Assembly: GCA_964005815.1 (NCBI GenBank)
Contig: CAXFSR010000052.1
Span: forward strand, 1-32,943
Reading direction: 5' to 3'
Source: an uncultured Nitrospinaceae bacterium
GTDB lineage: Bacteria > UBA8248
Length of the DNA: 32,943 nt
Shown here: positions 19,574 through 28,990 of the stretch, piece by piece
How the letters are laid out: each line of letters opens with the position of its first letter
How positions within the stretch are numbered: position 1 is the stretch's first letter
Notes under the pieces: generated by a model
What the model was told of the DNA's origin: nothing
Databases searched by the model: none
Seen by the model: only the letters and a program-made list of their open reading frames with translations
Program-made: the position numbers and the translations under genes

Positions 19574-20731
19574 GTGGATATCCAATTAAATGAATTTCAG
19601 TTAGCACTCCAGTCAGGAGTAAGAAAATTTGTTGAGCAGGATGTAATACCAGATGCTATGAGATACGAACATAATGATGAATATCCTCATGCGATTGTAA
19701 ATAAAATGAAGGATCTCGGTTATTTCGGTGCTCTAGTTCCCGAAGAATTTGGTGGTTCTGAAATGGACGCAATGAGTTTAGTCGTTTTTACTGAAGAACT
19801 TTCAAGAGGTTGGATGAGTTTGACTGGTGTTCTTGGAAGTCATTCTATGGTTGGATGGTTGATAGACAAGTATGGAAATAATACACAGAGAAATAATTGG
19901 CTTCCTGAAATAGCAAAAGGTGAAATGCGATTTGGCATTGGGATTACTGAGCCTGATGGGGGGAGTGATGTTGCATCTCTTAGAACCACTGCTAAGCGTG
20001 ATGGTCAGAATTATATTGTCAATGGATCGAAAATGTTTATAACGAATTCAGAGAATGCTACTCATTTTGGTGTAATGGTTAGAACTAATCCTAACGCAGA
20101 GAAGCCACATAGGGGAATTAGTTGTATTCTAGTTAAACGCGATTTGGATGGTTTTAAGGTCAGTAGACACTTAGATAAACTTGGTTATAAAGGTATACGC
20201 ACTGGGGAACTTAATTTTCAAGATTGTGCTGTAGGAGTTTCAAATCTTGTAGGTGAAGAGAATAGAGGATTTCAGCAATTGATGTCTGCGCTTGAACTCG
20301 GAAGGATTCAAGTTGCTTCAAGAGCATTAGGTCTACACCGTGCTTGTTTAGAAGAATCTTTATCATATGCACAACAAAGGAAATCTATGGGAAAGCCTAT
20401 TGTTGAGCATCAGGCAATCCAATTAAAGTTGGCTGATATGGCGACTTCTTTGGAAGCAGCGAGACAACTTACTTATAAAGCAGCATTAATGAAAGATAAT
20501 GATCAACGTTGTGATATGGAAGCAGGGATGGCAAAACTATTTGCCAGCGATGCTTGTCAGAGAGCGTCTGAGATGGCTATCCATATTCATGGAGGATACG
20601 GATATATCAAAGAACTTCCGATTGAAAGGTATTACAGGGATTCTATTCTCTTGCAAGTAGGAGAAGGAACGAACGATATACAAAGAATCGTTATTGCAAA
20701 AAGACTCGTTGAAAAATATCCAGTCGATTAA
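19574..20731 (+). CDS. acyl-CoA dehydrogenase (canonical)
   Basis: ITEPDGGSD, NGSKMFITN, KLGYKG, LELGRI, HGGYGY, VGEGTNDIQR with catalytic Glu; GTG start after AAGGAG. Confidence 0.93.
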   Translation: MDIQLNEFQLALQSGVRKFVEQDVIPDAMRYEHNDEYPHAIVNKMKDLGYFGALVPEEFGGSEMDAMSLVVFTEELSRGWMSLTGVLGSHSMVGWLIDKYGNNTQRNNWLPEIAKGEMRFGIGITEPDGGSDVASLRTTAKRDGQNYIVNGSKMFITNSENATHFGVMVRTNPNAEKPHRGISCILVKRDLDGFKVSRHLDKLGYKGIRTGELNFQDCAVGVSNLVGEENRGFQQLMSALELGRIQVASRALGLHRACLEESLSYAQQRKSMGKPIVEHQAIQLKLADMATSLEAARQLTYKAALMKDNDQRCDMEAGMAKLFASDACQRASEMAIHIHGGYGYIKELPIERYYRDSILLQVGEGTNDIQRIVIAKRLVEKYPVD

Positions 20732-20762
20732 TAATAATTCAAAACTTTAGCTTAGATAAATT

Positions 20763-22607
20763 TTATACTGAAAGTTCGTCTGCCACTTCTTTTAGATCTA
20801 GCTTATTTAAAGTTTCGTTTGTTGGAATCCCCTCGTTGTCCCATCCTCTGATTTTGTAGTATTCGTCTTTCATCATTTCTAATTCATCAGGAGGGCAGTG
20901 CATTCCTTTATGGGGACCATCTGGCACGGGCTCATGCATTACTTTATGCGGGAGTGAGTCATGGGATCTGTTTACACCTTCTCTTACTTGGAATGCTCTT
21001 TCTAAATTACATATTCTTTCGCCAGTTGATTCTAATTCTTCGCTTGTTGTATCCCAACCAGTAACCATATTGAGCATGTCTGCATACTTCTCGTTAATCA
21101 TGGCACCGTATCCACGCTCAGCGGTAAATCGACATTGCGTGATTGAATCACCAATTGCGGTAAAATTTTGTGTTTTAACTGCAAATTCAGATTTTCCATC
21201 TGTAGTAGTGTTGTCATGATCGGATGCATACTGAAGAGTTGGTCTAGTATCGTGATGACTGCCTCCTCTTGTTCCTGTTGCGTATCCAATTGACATCCCT
21301 TTGAGAACTCTCGCACTATGTGCAGGAAGTTCTAACCCTCTAGACGCATATAGTAAATTTATTGAATCTCCTCCAATTTCTTTAGCTAGTCTTACTCCGC
21401 CTTCAGCTAAAATATTTCCAAAACCTTTTCGTAAAGAAATATCTTCAAGAAGTTGTAAGACTGTCTCTGAGTCGCCCCAGGAAAGGTCAAAGCCGACGTC
21501 ACTTTTCTTTAGCATCCCTTTTTCAAAACATTCAAATGCAAGGGACATTGTTACGCCAGCCGAAACAGTGTCTAAACCAAGTTCGTCGCAAAGTTGATTT
21601 GCTCTTAGAAGCGTTCCAGGGTCACCAATTCCTAACATTGTGCCAAGGGCAAAAATGGTTTCATATTCAGGAAGTTTCCACTGCAAACCATCAAATTTTC
21701 CACCTTTCATAATATAATCTGCACCACACGCAACTGGACATTTTAAGCAGGTAGTATCTTTTTCATGAAAATTTTCACGCATGTATTCTCCGCTAATTGG
21801 TTCACAATTCTCGAAGATTTCACTTGTAAGGTTTCTTGTTCCAAGTGCACCAAGCTTATTGATCATATTGACTAGTATAGGAGTTCCATACTTGTTTAAG
21901 GCCGCTGTTCCTGTCCTAACATCTTCTGCAGTATTGTTTACATACTCTCTAAGACCTTTTGCATCGTAAACACTAGTTTTTGCTTTTCCTTTAAGAGAAA
22001 TTGCTTTAACATTCTTGCTTCCCAAAACTGCAGCTATTCCACCTCTTCCACTTATTCCATCTCTGCTTTTTCTCCATGTGTGTGCCATAGCAGCATAACG
22101 AACTTGATTTTCTCCTGCAGGGCCTATCGCTAAGACGTCTGCGCCATTTTCTTTTTCTGAAATGGCATCACAAGTCTCACGAATCCATTTTCCGGCAAGA
22201 TCTTCTGCGTTTCGAAATTCTACTCCCTCTTCTGTGATATGAAGATAGAGTAATTTTTCAGATTTTCCATGAAGGACAATTGCGTCATGTCCGGTTTTCT
22301 TTAGAGTGATGGGCCAAGCTCCACCAAAGGTACTATCAAAGAATAGATCGGTTAGCGGACTCTTAGTTACAGCACATGCACGACTTGCACTTGGAACGGC
22401 AGTGTCAGTGTAAGGTCCTACCGCGATTGCAAGGATATTTTCTTCCGACAAAGGGTCTATGTCTGCGCTAAGTTTGTCCCATAAAACTTTTGCTCCTAGA
22501 CCGTTGCCACCTAAATATCTTCTGGCAGTATTTTCATCTAGTTCTTCTATGTGGGAAGTTTGATTGTTTAAATGTATATGTAATATTTTTCCTTGGTATC
22601 CGTGCAT
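20763..22607 (-). CDS. aldehyde:ferredoxin oxidoreductase family (W/Mo-bis-pterin, 4Fe-4S)
   Basis: GYQGKILHI, YLGGNGLG, KSPLT, IGPAGEN, GRGGIAAVLGSKNVKAI, CLKCPVAC, PEYET, CDELGLD, EYYKIRGW..GIP. Confidence 0.93.
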   Translation of the reverse strand: MHGYQGKILHIHLNNQTSHIEELDENTARRYLGGNGLGAKVLWDKLSADIDPLSEENILAIAVGPYTDTAVPSASRACAVTKSPLTDLFFDSTFGGAWPITLKKTGHDAIVLHGKSEKLLYLHITEEGVEFRNAEDLAGKWIRETCDAISEKENGADVLAIGPAGENQVRYAAMAHTWRKSRDGISGRGGIAAVLGSKNVKAISLKGKAKTSVYDAKGLREYVNNTAEDVRTGTAALNKYGTPILVNMINKLGALGTRNLTSEIFENCEPISGEYMRENFHEKDTTCLKCPVACGADYIMKGGKFDGLQWKLPEYETIFALGTMLGIGDPGTLLRANQLCDELGLDTVSAGVTMSLAFECFEKGMLKKSDVGFDLSWGDSETVLQLLEDISLRKGFGNILAEGGVRLAKEIGGDSINLLYASRGLELPAHSARVLKGMSIGYATGTRGGSHHDTRPTLQYASDHDNTTTDGKSEFAVKTQNFTAIGDSITQCRFTAERGYGAMINEKYADMLNMVTGWDTTSEELESTGERICNLERAFQVREGVNRSHDSLPHKVMHEPVPDGPHKGMHCPPDELEMMKDEYYKIRGWDNEGIPTNETLNKLDLKEVADELSV

Positions 22608-22683
22608 GAATTATCCCCATTATTTTGGCAGTCTTAAAATACAAACATAAAATTATAGAAATAAGATTAAAATGAAAGTTCTT

Positions 22684-23394
22684 TTATGGCAACTCTAAAG
22701 TGCGGAAAGATTCCGCAAAATTTAACCCTGCTTGTTTCCCATATTCTTTAGAACGTTCCATTATCCTGGGGATAATTTCTTGTATGTCTTCAATTTGGCT
22801 CTTGTGACATGCAAGTGCTTTCATCTTTATCTCAAAAAAATCTTCAATGTCAGTCCAGGTGTCGGCATTTTGAGAATTCCCGAACATAGCTAACTTTGGA
22901 GTAAATGGCATGAGTTTTTCCTCAGAAATTAGTTCAGGAAAAAAATTTTCATTTCCACATGCAGGATAAAGAGATTCAAAAACCGCTGCAGCGATAGCTA
23001 GATGGTCACTATGGTATCCGGGAAAACTGTCGTAGGAATTCATTGAAGGATCTCCTGAAACAACTATTTGCGGTTTGAAAATTCTAATTAATTTGACAAT
23101 CTCTTTTCGCAGAAATGCATTGTTCTCTAATTCTCCATCTGGAAATTTAAGAAAATGTATTCTCTTTACTCCTACAACTTCAGCTGCAGAGATTTGTTCA
23201 GATTCACGTATTTCTTGTCTTTTTTCACAGCTGAGAATTTCTTTCCCATTGCTGTTGAAACCTTTCTCCCCACTAGTTGCTATACAATACTCTACTTCAT
23301 TTTGGTCATGAATCCATTTTGCAACTGAACCCGCATACCGGAATTCAATATCATCTGGATGGGCAACTACTATTAATATTTTTTTGTTTTTCAA
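22684..23394 (-). CDS. PIG-L/LmbE family deacetylase
   Basis: VVAHPDD, TSGEKG, FPDGEL, HSDH, KMKALACHKSQ, AESF. TTG 23394 after GGAG preferred over 23448. Confidence 0.9.
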   Translation of the reverse strand: MKNKKILIVVAHPDDIEFRYAGSVAKWIHDQNEVEYCIATSGEKGFNSNGKEILSCEKRQEIRESEQISAAEVVGVKRIHFLKFPDGELENNAFLRKEIVKLIRIFKPQIVVSGDPSMNSYDSFPGYHSDHLAIAAAVFESLYPACGNENFFPELISEEKLMPFTPKLAMFGNSQNADTWTDIEDFFEIKMKALACHKSQIEDIQEIIPRIMERSKEYGKQAGLNFAESFRTLELP

Positions 23395-23536
23395 TATGAC
23401 TCCATTAATTTTTTGCATCTTTTTATAACAGTAGAAAGGATAGGGCAACGACTAACCGATTCTTAGTTGAATTATTGTATCGTTTGTAATTTTATTCTGA
23501 TATATTTCTGAGAGCTCTTTGATAAAGGAACTACTT

Positions 23537-24352
23537 TTGAAACTTGTTATGTTAGGAACTGGTGCACCTCCACCAACAGTTGAAAAGAATGGTCCATCAA
23601 ATGGAATAATCTCAGGCGAAAAATTGTTCTTGATTGATGCTGGTCGAAATGTTGCGACTCAAGCCGTTCGCGCAGGATTTCCTGTTGACCAGATAGACAA
23701 TATTGTTTTCACGCATTTTCATTCTGATCATTATACCGGTTTTGGAGAATTTTTTATCTCACGATGGATTATGGGTGCAAAAGAACCATTAAAAGTCTTT
23801 GGTCCAGCTCCGATCGTTGAAATTGTAAAAAGGATGCTTTTATATTATGAATATGACATTGATCTTCGCGTAAATGAGGGAAAATCAAGAGTTGGTACTC
23901 AAATTGATGTGGAGGTGGTTTCTTCAGGTGACACTTTCTCAGTTAATAATGTTGAAATATCTGCGGTTAAGGGAACTAATCACGGAAACGTAGATGATAT
24001 TCTCTCTTATAAATTTCATAGAAATAATAAAACAATAGTGATCGCGAGTGATGGAAGTCCAACGAACCAATTACTTCCTTTTTCTAAAGATGCAGATATT
24101 TTAGTAATGCATGCCTGTGTCCCTGAACTTATTCAAGGAAGATTTGGAGGAAATTCGGAAACTGCGAGAATAGTAGCTTCTCATCATGCGACATTTAAAG
24201 AAATAGGAGAAATTGCAACGAATGCAAAAGTAAAAAAATTAGTTTTTTCGCATGTCGTTCCACCTTTAGCTCCTGATGCTAGGGTTATCGAAGGGATTTC
24301 AGAATATTTTAGTGGAGAAATTATAGCTGGAAAAGACCAGATGGTACTCTAA
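23537..24352 (+). CDS. MBL-fold metallohydrolase (RNase Z / AtsA-like)
   Basis: LGTGAP, LIDAG, THFHSDH, ASD, ASHH, SHVVP; TTG 23537 after AAGGA. Confidence 0.88.
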   Translation: MKLVMLGTGAPPPTVEKNGPSNGIISGEKLFLIDAGRNVATQAVRAGFPVDQIDNIVFTHFHSDHYTGFGEFFISRWIMGAKEPLKVFGPAPIVEIVKRMLLYYEYDIDLRVNEGKSRVGTQIDVEVVSSGDTFSVNNVEISAVKGTNHGNVDDILSYKFHRNNKTIVIASDGSPTNQLLPFSKDADILVMHACVPELIQGRFGGNSETARIVASHHATFKEIGEIATNAKVKKLVFSHVVPPLAPDARVIEGISEYFSGEIIAGKDQMVL

Positions 24353-24372
24353 ATTTCGATTCGGAGGATGGT

Positions 24373-25032
24373 ATGCATTACGATAGTATTAAGAACGAGC
24401 ATGGCTTGAAGCATGATCCGTTTAAAGCGCTAGTTGCCCCTCGACCGATAGGATGGGTTTCTACAGTTGATAAAAACGATGTTCTCAATTTGGCACCGTA
24501 TAGTTTTTTTAATGCAGTTAGTGAGCGTCCTCATTATGTAATGTTTGTTTCTGCTAATCGAAAAGACAGTTTGCGTAATATAGAAGACAACGGTGAGTTT
24601 ACTTGTTCTATTTCGACAATGGACACACGTGATGGCATGAATATCTCTTCGGCTCAAGTAGACTCACTCTCTGATGAATTTGCGCTCTCCAATTTAGAGA
24701 CAGCTGAATCAATTTTTGTGAAACCACCACGTGTTAGACGCGCACCCGCTTCACTCGAATGTAGACTTTGGAAGATTGTTGAATTGCCCGATGTTAGTGG
24801 AGATCGTGGTCATTTTATCGTTATTGGTCAGGTGATTGGAATATTTATTGATGATAGCGTAATAAAAGATGGAATTGTTGATACCGCATCTATGCAGCCC
24901 TTGGCGCGAATGGGTTATATGGACTATGCGGTTGTAACACCAGAAACCACTTTCTCTCTTCAGCGCCCACAAGTTAAAGAAGATGGTACAGTTACAGTTC
25001 CCAAGGGAGATTGGGATGGTATCTATCGCTAG
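24373..25032 (+). CDS. flavin reductase-like protein (DIM6/NTAB family)
   Basis: VAPRPIGWVST, NLAPYSFFN, KDSLRNIE..GEF, PLARMGY. Confidence 0.9.
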   Translation: MHYDSIKNEHGLKHDPFKALVAPRPIGWVSTVDKNDVLNLAPYSFFNAVSERPHYVMFVSANRKDSLRNIEDNGEFTCSISTMDTRDGMNISSAQVDSLSDEFALSNLETAESIFVKPPRVRRAPASLECRLWKIVELPDVSGDRGHFIVIGQVIGIFIDDSVIKDGIVDTASMQPLARMGYMDYAVVTPETTFSLQRPQVKEDGTVTVPKGDWDGIYR

Positions 25033-25043
25033 AGTGGTCGGCA

Positions 25044-25430
25044 TTAACCTTTTGGATAATTTTTTTCTGCTTCTTCTGCTTTTGCCGATTTATTGTGATC
25101 TTCGTTTAGATCTCCGCTTCCTGAAGGACTTTTGACTGTGAAAAAGGTAGCAGGTCCTTCTATAGCACGACTCCTGTGTGGGACTCCTCTAGGAATATGG
25201 ATCATGTCTCCTTGTTCTACAATTTTTTCTTCATCCCCTAAAACATAGTGAAGCTTTCCTTCTAAAACCAAAGTAAATTGTTCCTCATTTGGTTGCTCGT
25301 GTAATGGAGGTCCAATTCCCTCTGGTTTAGTAACTATACCTGCTTTCATTAATTCTCCTGGAACTCCTTTTTGAATTGAACCAGAGGGAGATATTTTTTC
25401 ATCCATTGTATTTTTTTTATAAAAAGGCAT
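25044..25430 (-). CDS. cupin domain protein
   Basis: PLHEQPNEEQ..VLEG and GDMIHIPRGVPH; ATG 25430 after GGAG. Confidence 0.85.
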   Translation of the reverse strand: MPFYKKNTMDEKISPSGSIQKGVPGELMKAGIVTKPEGIGPPLHEQPNEEQFTLVLEGKLHYVLGDEEKIVEQGDMIHIPRGVPHRSRAIEGPATFFTVKSPSGSGDLNEDHNKSAKAEEAEKNYPKG

Positions 25431-25443
25431 TTTTTCTCCAATT

Positions 25444-26208
25444 TTATCTGAAACCGCCGCCACCATTCACTAGTATAGTATCAGCAGTCATAAAGTCGCA
25501 TTTTCCTGAACATATAAATAAGACAAGTTCTCCAATCTCTTCTGGTTTTCCATATCTTCCCATAGGAACCCAGCTTTCTAGTTCTGTTCTAATTTCTTGG
25601 CTTGCAGTTTCCTGGAATGGTGTATCAATTGGGCCTGGTGAAATAGAAACGCATCGAATCCCTTGGTCTGCAAATTCACGAGCAACTCCCTTTGTCATAG
25701 TTACCACAGCACCCTTGGAAGCTCCATAATTTATTGCAATTTTAGGGGACCCATTTAAATGAGCCATACTTGCCATGTTAACTATGACCCCACTTTGTTT
25801 TTTTAACATTTCAGGAAGGACACATTGCATGGTGTAAAATGTGCCTTTTACATTTAAGTCGAAAGTTTTGTCCCAAATATCATCATTGATCTCAAGAAAA
25901 GGTAATCTTTCAAGTATCGAACCAGCAGAATTGAACAAGAAGTCAATGCTTCCAAATTCTGTAACAACTTGAGAAACCATTTTTTTAATGGCATCTCTTG
26001 AAGTAACATCTACTCCATATGCAAGAGAATTTCCTCCGGATTCGTTAATTTCGTTTGAAATCTTCTTAGCGCTTTTTTCGTCAATATCCGTGCAAATTAC
26101 TATTGCATTCTCTCGTGCGAAAATTTTGGCAGTAGCTTTTCCTATCCCGCTAGCTGAACCTGTAATGACAGCAATTTTATTTTCAATGAAGTCATTTCCG
26201 TATGTCAT
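25444..26208 (-). CDS. short-chain dehydrogenase/reductase (FabG-like)
   Basis: TGSASGIG, NSAG, NMAS, YGASK, PGPIDT, PMGR; ATG 26208 after GAGGTG. Confidence 0.92.
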   Translation of the reverse strand: MTYGNDFIENKIAVITGSASGIGKATAKIFARENAIVICTDIDEKSAKKISNEINESGGNSLAYGVDVTSRDAIKKMVSQVVTEFGSIDFLFNSAGSILERLPFLEINDDIWDKTFDLNVKGTFYTMQCVLPEMLKKQSGVIVNMASMAHLNGSPKIAINYGASKGAVVTMTKGVAREFADQGIRCVSISPGPIDTPFQETASQEIRTELESWVPMGRYGKPEEIGELVLFICSGKCDFMTADTILVNGGGGFR

Positions 26209-26235
26209 CAGACACCTCATTCTCTAAGGAAATAT

Positions 26236-26532
26236 TTATTCTAAATCAATATTTACATCCTCAAGTTTTAGTACGTTAGGTGGAACCTCTAATAAATCAG
26301 CAATTTTTTCTTTAAAATTTTTATAATGTGGAGTTTCTCTGTGCAAATCTAAATCGTTTTCTGATTTCCAGCACTCAATAAAGTGAAACCCATCTGAGTT
26401 TTTAAAAAGACTATAAAAAACACATCCTGTTTCTGATCGTGAAGGATCACACATACCTCTAAGAAGAGATTCCATTTCTGATTCCAGACCATTTTTGGGA
26501 GTAAGTGATGCTACTAAGTAGACTTTGCTCAT
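26236..26532 (-). CDS. ABM / putative quinol monooxygenase (YgiN-like)
   Basis: SRSETGCVFYSL, FIECW, LDLHRETPHY; 98 aa. Confidence 0.87.
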   Translation of the reverse strand: MSKVYLVASLTPKNGLESEMESLLRGMCDPSRSETGCVFYSLFKNSDGFHFIECWKSENDLDLHRETPHYKNFKEKIADLLEVPPNVLKLEDVNIDLE

Positions 26533-26546
26533 AAATTTCCCTCTTA

Positions 26547-26595
26547 TTTTATTAATAGTATTAATATTGGTTATGATATTAATACTTTAATAAAA
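26547..26595. repeat. 20-bp AT-rich inverted repeat (one bulge, 8-nt spacer)
   Basis: TTTTATTAA-t-AGTATTAATAT (26547-26567) / ATATTAATACT-TTAATAAAA (26576-26595). Confidence 0.7.
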
Positions 26596-26748
26596 ATTTT
26601 TAAAAGACAGAACAAATATTTAATATAAGTGATTATGTTTTTTTATTAAGAGTTATTTTAAATTAAAGAATTGTTGTATTCTTAGGAACTAAATCAACTA
26701 CAATGTTTCGGTCTCCTATTTTTTAACTTTTAATTATTGGAAATTTTA

Positions 26749-27639
26749 ATGAGCTTTCATATTTCTTGGCCTGAGATAATGGCGCTGACGTCTTCTTTTA
26801 CGTATTCGTTTACTTTGCTTTTTCTTCGTCAAGGAATCAGGAGTGCATCCCCTTTATCAGGAGCTATCGTTACAAGTACCGTAGTTTTTCTAGTTACTGC
26901 CATAGTTTGTTTAATTAATGGTTCTTATATTGATATGAATATAAGTGCTGTCTTTTGGTTTGCTATCTCTGGCTGTGTTGGTCAAGGTCTTGGGCAGTTT
27001 TTAGCTTTTACAGGTATAGAAAGGATGGGTGTTAGTCGAGCTTCCCCAATTCAAGCATCTGCACCAATTTGGTCCGTATTGCTTGCAGTAATTTTTCTAA
27101 GAGAGACACCATCGTTAGGAGTCTGGATAGGTGCATTTTGTGTTTTTGCTGGAGTAGCCTTGCTTTCAAGGTCTACCAAAGATGATTCTTCTTCAGGTTG
27201 GAGTTGGTTTAGAGGAGCTCTAATTTTTCCTATTCTTGCTTCGTTTTGTTTTGGTATGATGCCTGTTTTAACAAAATTTGGATATGCTTATACTCCTACT
27301 CCTCTTTTGGCTATAAATATTGCTTTTGGTTCGGCAAGTTTGTTTCTTATTTCTCTTTATTTTGCTTTTCGGTCTAAGTATCAGTTTCATATTGATAAAA
27401 GAGCAGTAGGGTGGTTTTCTTTAGCTGCAATTACTACTGGGTTGTCTTCGTTAACATTTTGGACTTCTTTAACTTTAGGTGATGTTTCAGTTTTAATGCC
27501 GTTAAGTAGACTGGCACCATTATGGATTCTTTTATGGAGTTATCTATTTTTAAAACATCTTGAAAAAATTACTTTGAGAATTGTGATAGGTGCGTTTTTG
27601 GTTGTCTCGGGTGGATTTTTTATTCTTTCTTTTAAATAA
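26749..27639 (+). CDS. DMT/EamA family transporter
   Basis: About 10 hydrophobic segments in two repeats; GVSRASPI..AP, FLRE, GDVSVLMPL..LAP. Confidence 0.88.
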   Translation: MSFHISWPEIMALTSSFTYSFTLLFLRQGIRSASPLSGAIVTSTVVFLVTAIVCLINGSYIDMNISAVFWFAISGCVGQGLGQFLAFTGIERMGVSRASPIQASAPIWSVLLAVIFLRETPSLGVWIGAFCVFAGVALLSRSTKDDSSSGWSWFRGALIFPILASFCFGMMPVLTKFGYAYTPTPLLAINIAFGSASLFLISLYFAFRSKYQFHIDKRAVGWFSLAAITTGLSSLTFWTSLTLGDVSVLMPLSRLAPLWILLWSYLFLKHLEKITLRIVIGAFLVVSGGFFILSFK

Positions 27640-27651
27640 GAGTTTAATAAG

Positions 27652-28905
27652 TTGCTAGATCTTACAATTTTCCAAATTAGTTCTTTATTGGTCCTTCTTG
27701 CCGCTTTTTTTGGATACTTGAATGAAAAATATCTGCGCCTTCCATCTACGATTGGAATAATTTTAATCGCTCTTTTTTCTTCTTTTGTAGTCATCTCGAT
27801 AGATCTTCTTTTTCCTTCCTTTGATCTAGCCGTTCGTTCTCGGTCGTTTATATATAAGATAGATTTCAACAAAACTTTAATGGAAGTGATGTTAGGGTTA
27901 CTTCTTTTTGCTGGGGCCTTGCATGTAGATGTCGAGAGTCTCCTGAAAAGAGGGTGGGCTATATCTTTAATGGCCACATTTGGAATTGTTTTTTCTACTC
28001 TTTTTGTTGGAATGATTTTTTATTTCGTCTCTGCTTTGTTTGATCTTTCAATTCCTTTTGTTTGGTGTCTTATTTTCGGCTCTCTAATTTCACCAACTGA
28101 TCCAGTTGCAGTTTTGGGAATTTTTAAGACTGTTAAAATTTCTCCAACTTTAAAGGCTATGATTTCAGGGGAAAGTCTTTTTAATGATGGTGTGGGCGTC
28201 GTTGTCTTCACAGTTTTGGTAGCAATTCTAACTGCAGGAAATATGGATTTTTCATCAAATTTGATTGTGGGATTTAAGTATTTTGTGAAAGAGGCTTGTG
28301 GTGGTGGGTTGCTAGGCTTTTTGACAGGATGGATTGCATTTAGAGGTATGAAATCAATTGACGAGCATAATACCGAAGTTTTGATCACTCTTGCTCTTGT
28401 ACTTGTTACGTATTCTTTGGCTTCTATTTTGCATGTTTCTGGTCCTATAGCCGTCGTTATTGCAGGCTTGCTGATAGGAAATCATGGTTCTAAATTTGCT
28501 ATGAGTGAGAATACAAACGAACACGTTCAGAAATTCTGGGATTTGATAGACGAGATATTAAATGCAATTCTTTTTCTTCTTATAGGCTTAGAAATAATTT
28601 TATTAGATTTTAAATTCAATATTCTACTTCTTTCTCTTGTATTTATTCCCATTGTTATTCTTTCACGCTTTTTGAGTGTAGGTGGAATAATTAAGACTCT
28701 CTCGCTATTTAGAAAATATGAAAAAGGCACAGTGCGAATTCTAACTTGGGGAGGTATTCGAGGGGGTATATCAGTTGCTTTGGTTCTTTCTTTATCTGAA
28801 GGAATTTATCGAGATATTCTTCTATCTATAACTTATATAATAGTTATATTTTCAATTATTGTTCAAGGTTTAACTATTGAGAGGGTGATTAAAAGATTTT
28901 TATGA
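27652..28905 (+). CDS. nhaP: Na+/H+ antiporter, CPA1/NhaP family
   Basis: LLLFAGALHV, ISPTDPVAV, GESLFNDG, HVSGPIA, TWGGIRGGISVAL, VQGLT. Confidence 0.9.
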   Translation: MLDLTIFQISSLLVLLAAFFGYLNEKYLRLPSTIGIILIALFSSFVVISIDLLFPSFDLAVRSRSFIYKIDFNKTLMEVMLGLLLFAGALHVDVESLLKRGWAISLMATFGIVFSTLFVGMIFYFVSALFDLSIPFVWCLIFGSLISPTDPVAVLGIFKTVKISPTLKAMISGESLFNDGVGVVVFTVLVAILTAGNMDFSSNLIVGFKYFVKEACGGGLLGFLTGWIAFRGMKSIDEHNTEVLITLALVLVTYSLASILHVSGPIAVVIAGLLIGNHGSKFAMSENTNEHVQKFWDLIDEILNAILFLLIGLEIILLDFKFNILLLSLVFIPIVILSRFLSVGGIIKTLSLFRKYEKGTVRILTWGGIRGGISVALVLSLSEGIYRDILLSITYIIVIFSIIVQGLTIERVIKRFL

Positions 28906-28906
28906 A

Positions 28907-28985
28907 ATCGTGATCCCAGGTCTACCCACCTTTATGCTGGATAGACTCGGGCGGAGGGATCACAACATTTTCTTGAAAATTGAAC
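28907..28985 (-). ncRNA. candidate structured small RNA (family unknown)
   Basis: GC-rich two-stem hairpin whose G.U pairs work only on the minus strand, downstream of a TTGCAA-N17-TATAAA promoter; ends are approximate. Confidence 0.5.
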
Positions 28986-28990
28986 TGTAA

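Noticed and set aside
23537..24352. Calling the MBL hydrolase rnz
   Set aside because: It appears to lack the tRNA-binding exosite arm, the HEAT motif reads HAC, and the context is catabolic, so it is left at family level.
28907..28966. Hairpin as the nhaP terminator or a Na+/Li+ riboswitch
   Set aside because: On the plus strand the stems contain C.A mismatches and there is no immediate U-run. It lies 3' of nhaP, whereas riboswitches lie 5' of their gene. A secondary terminating role is not excluded.
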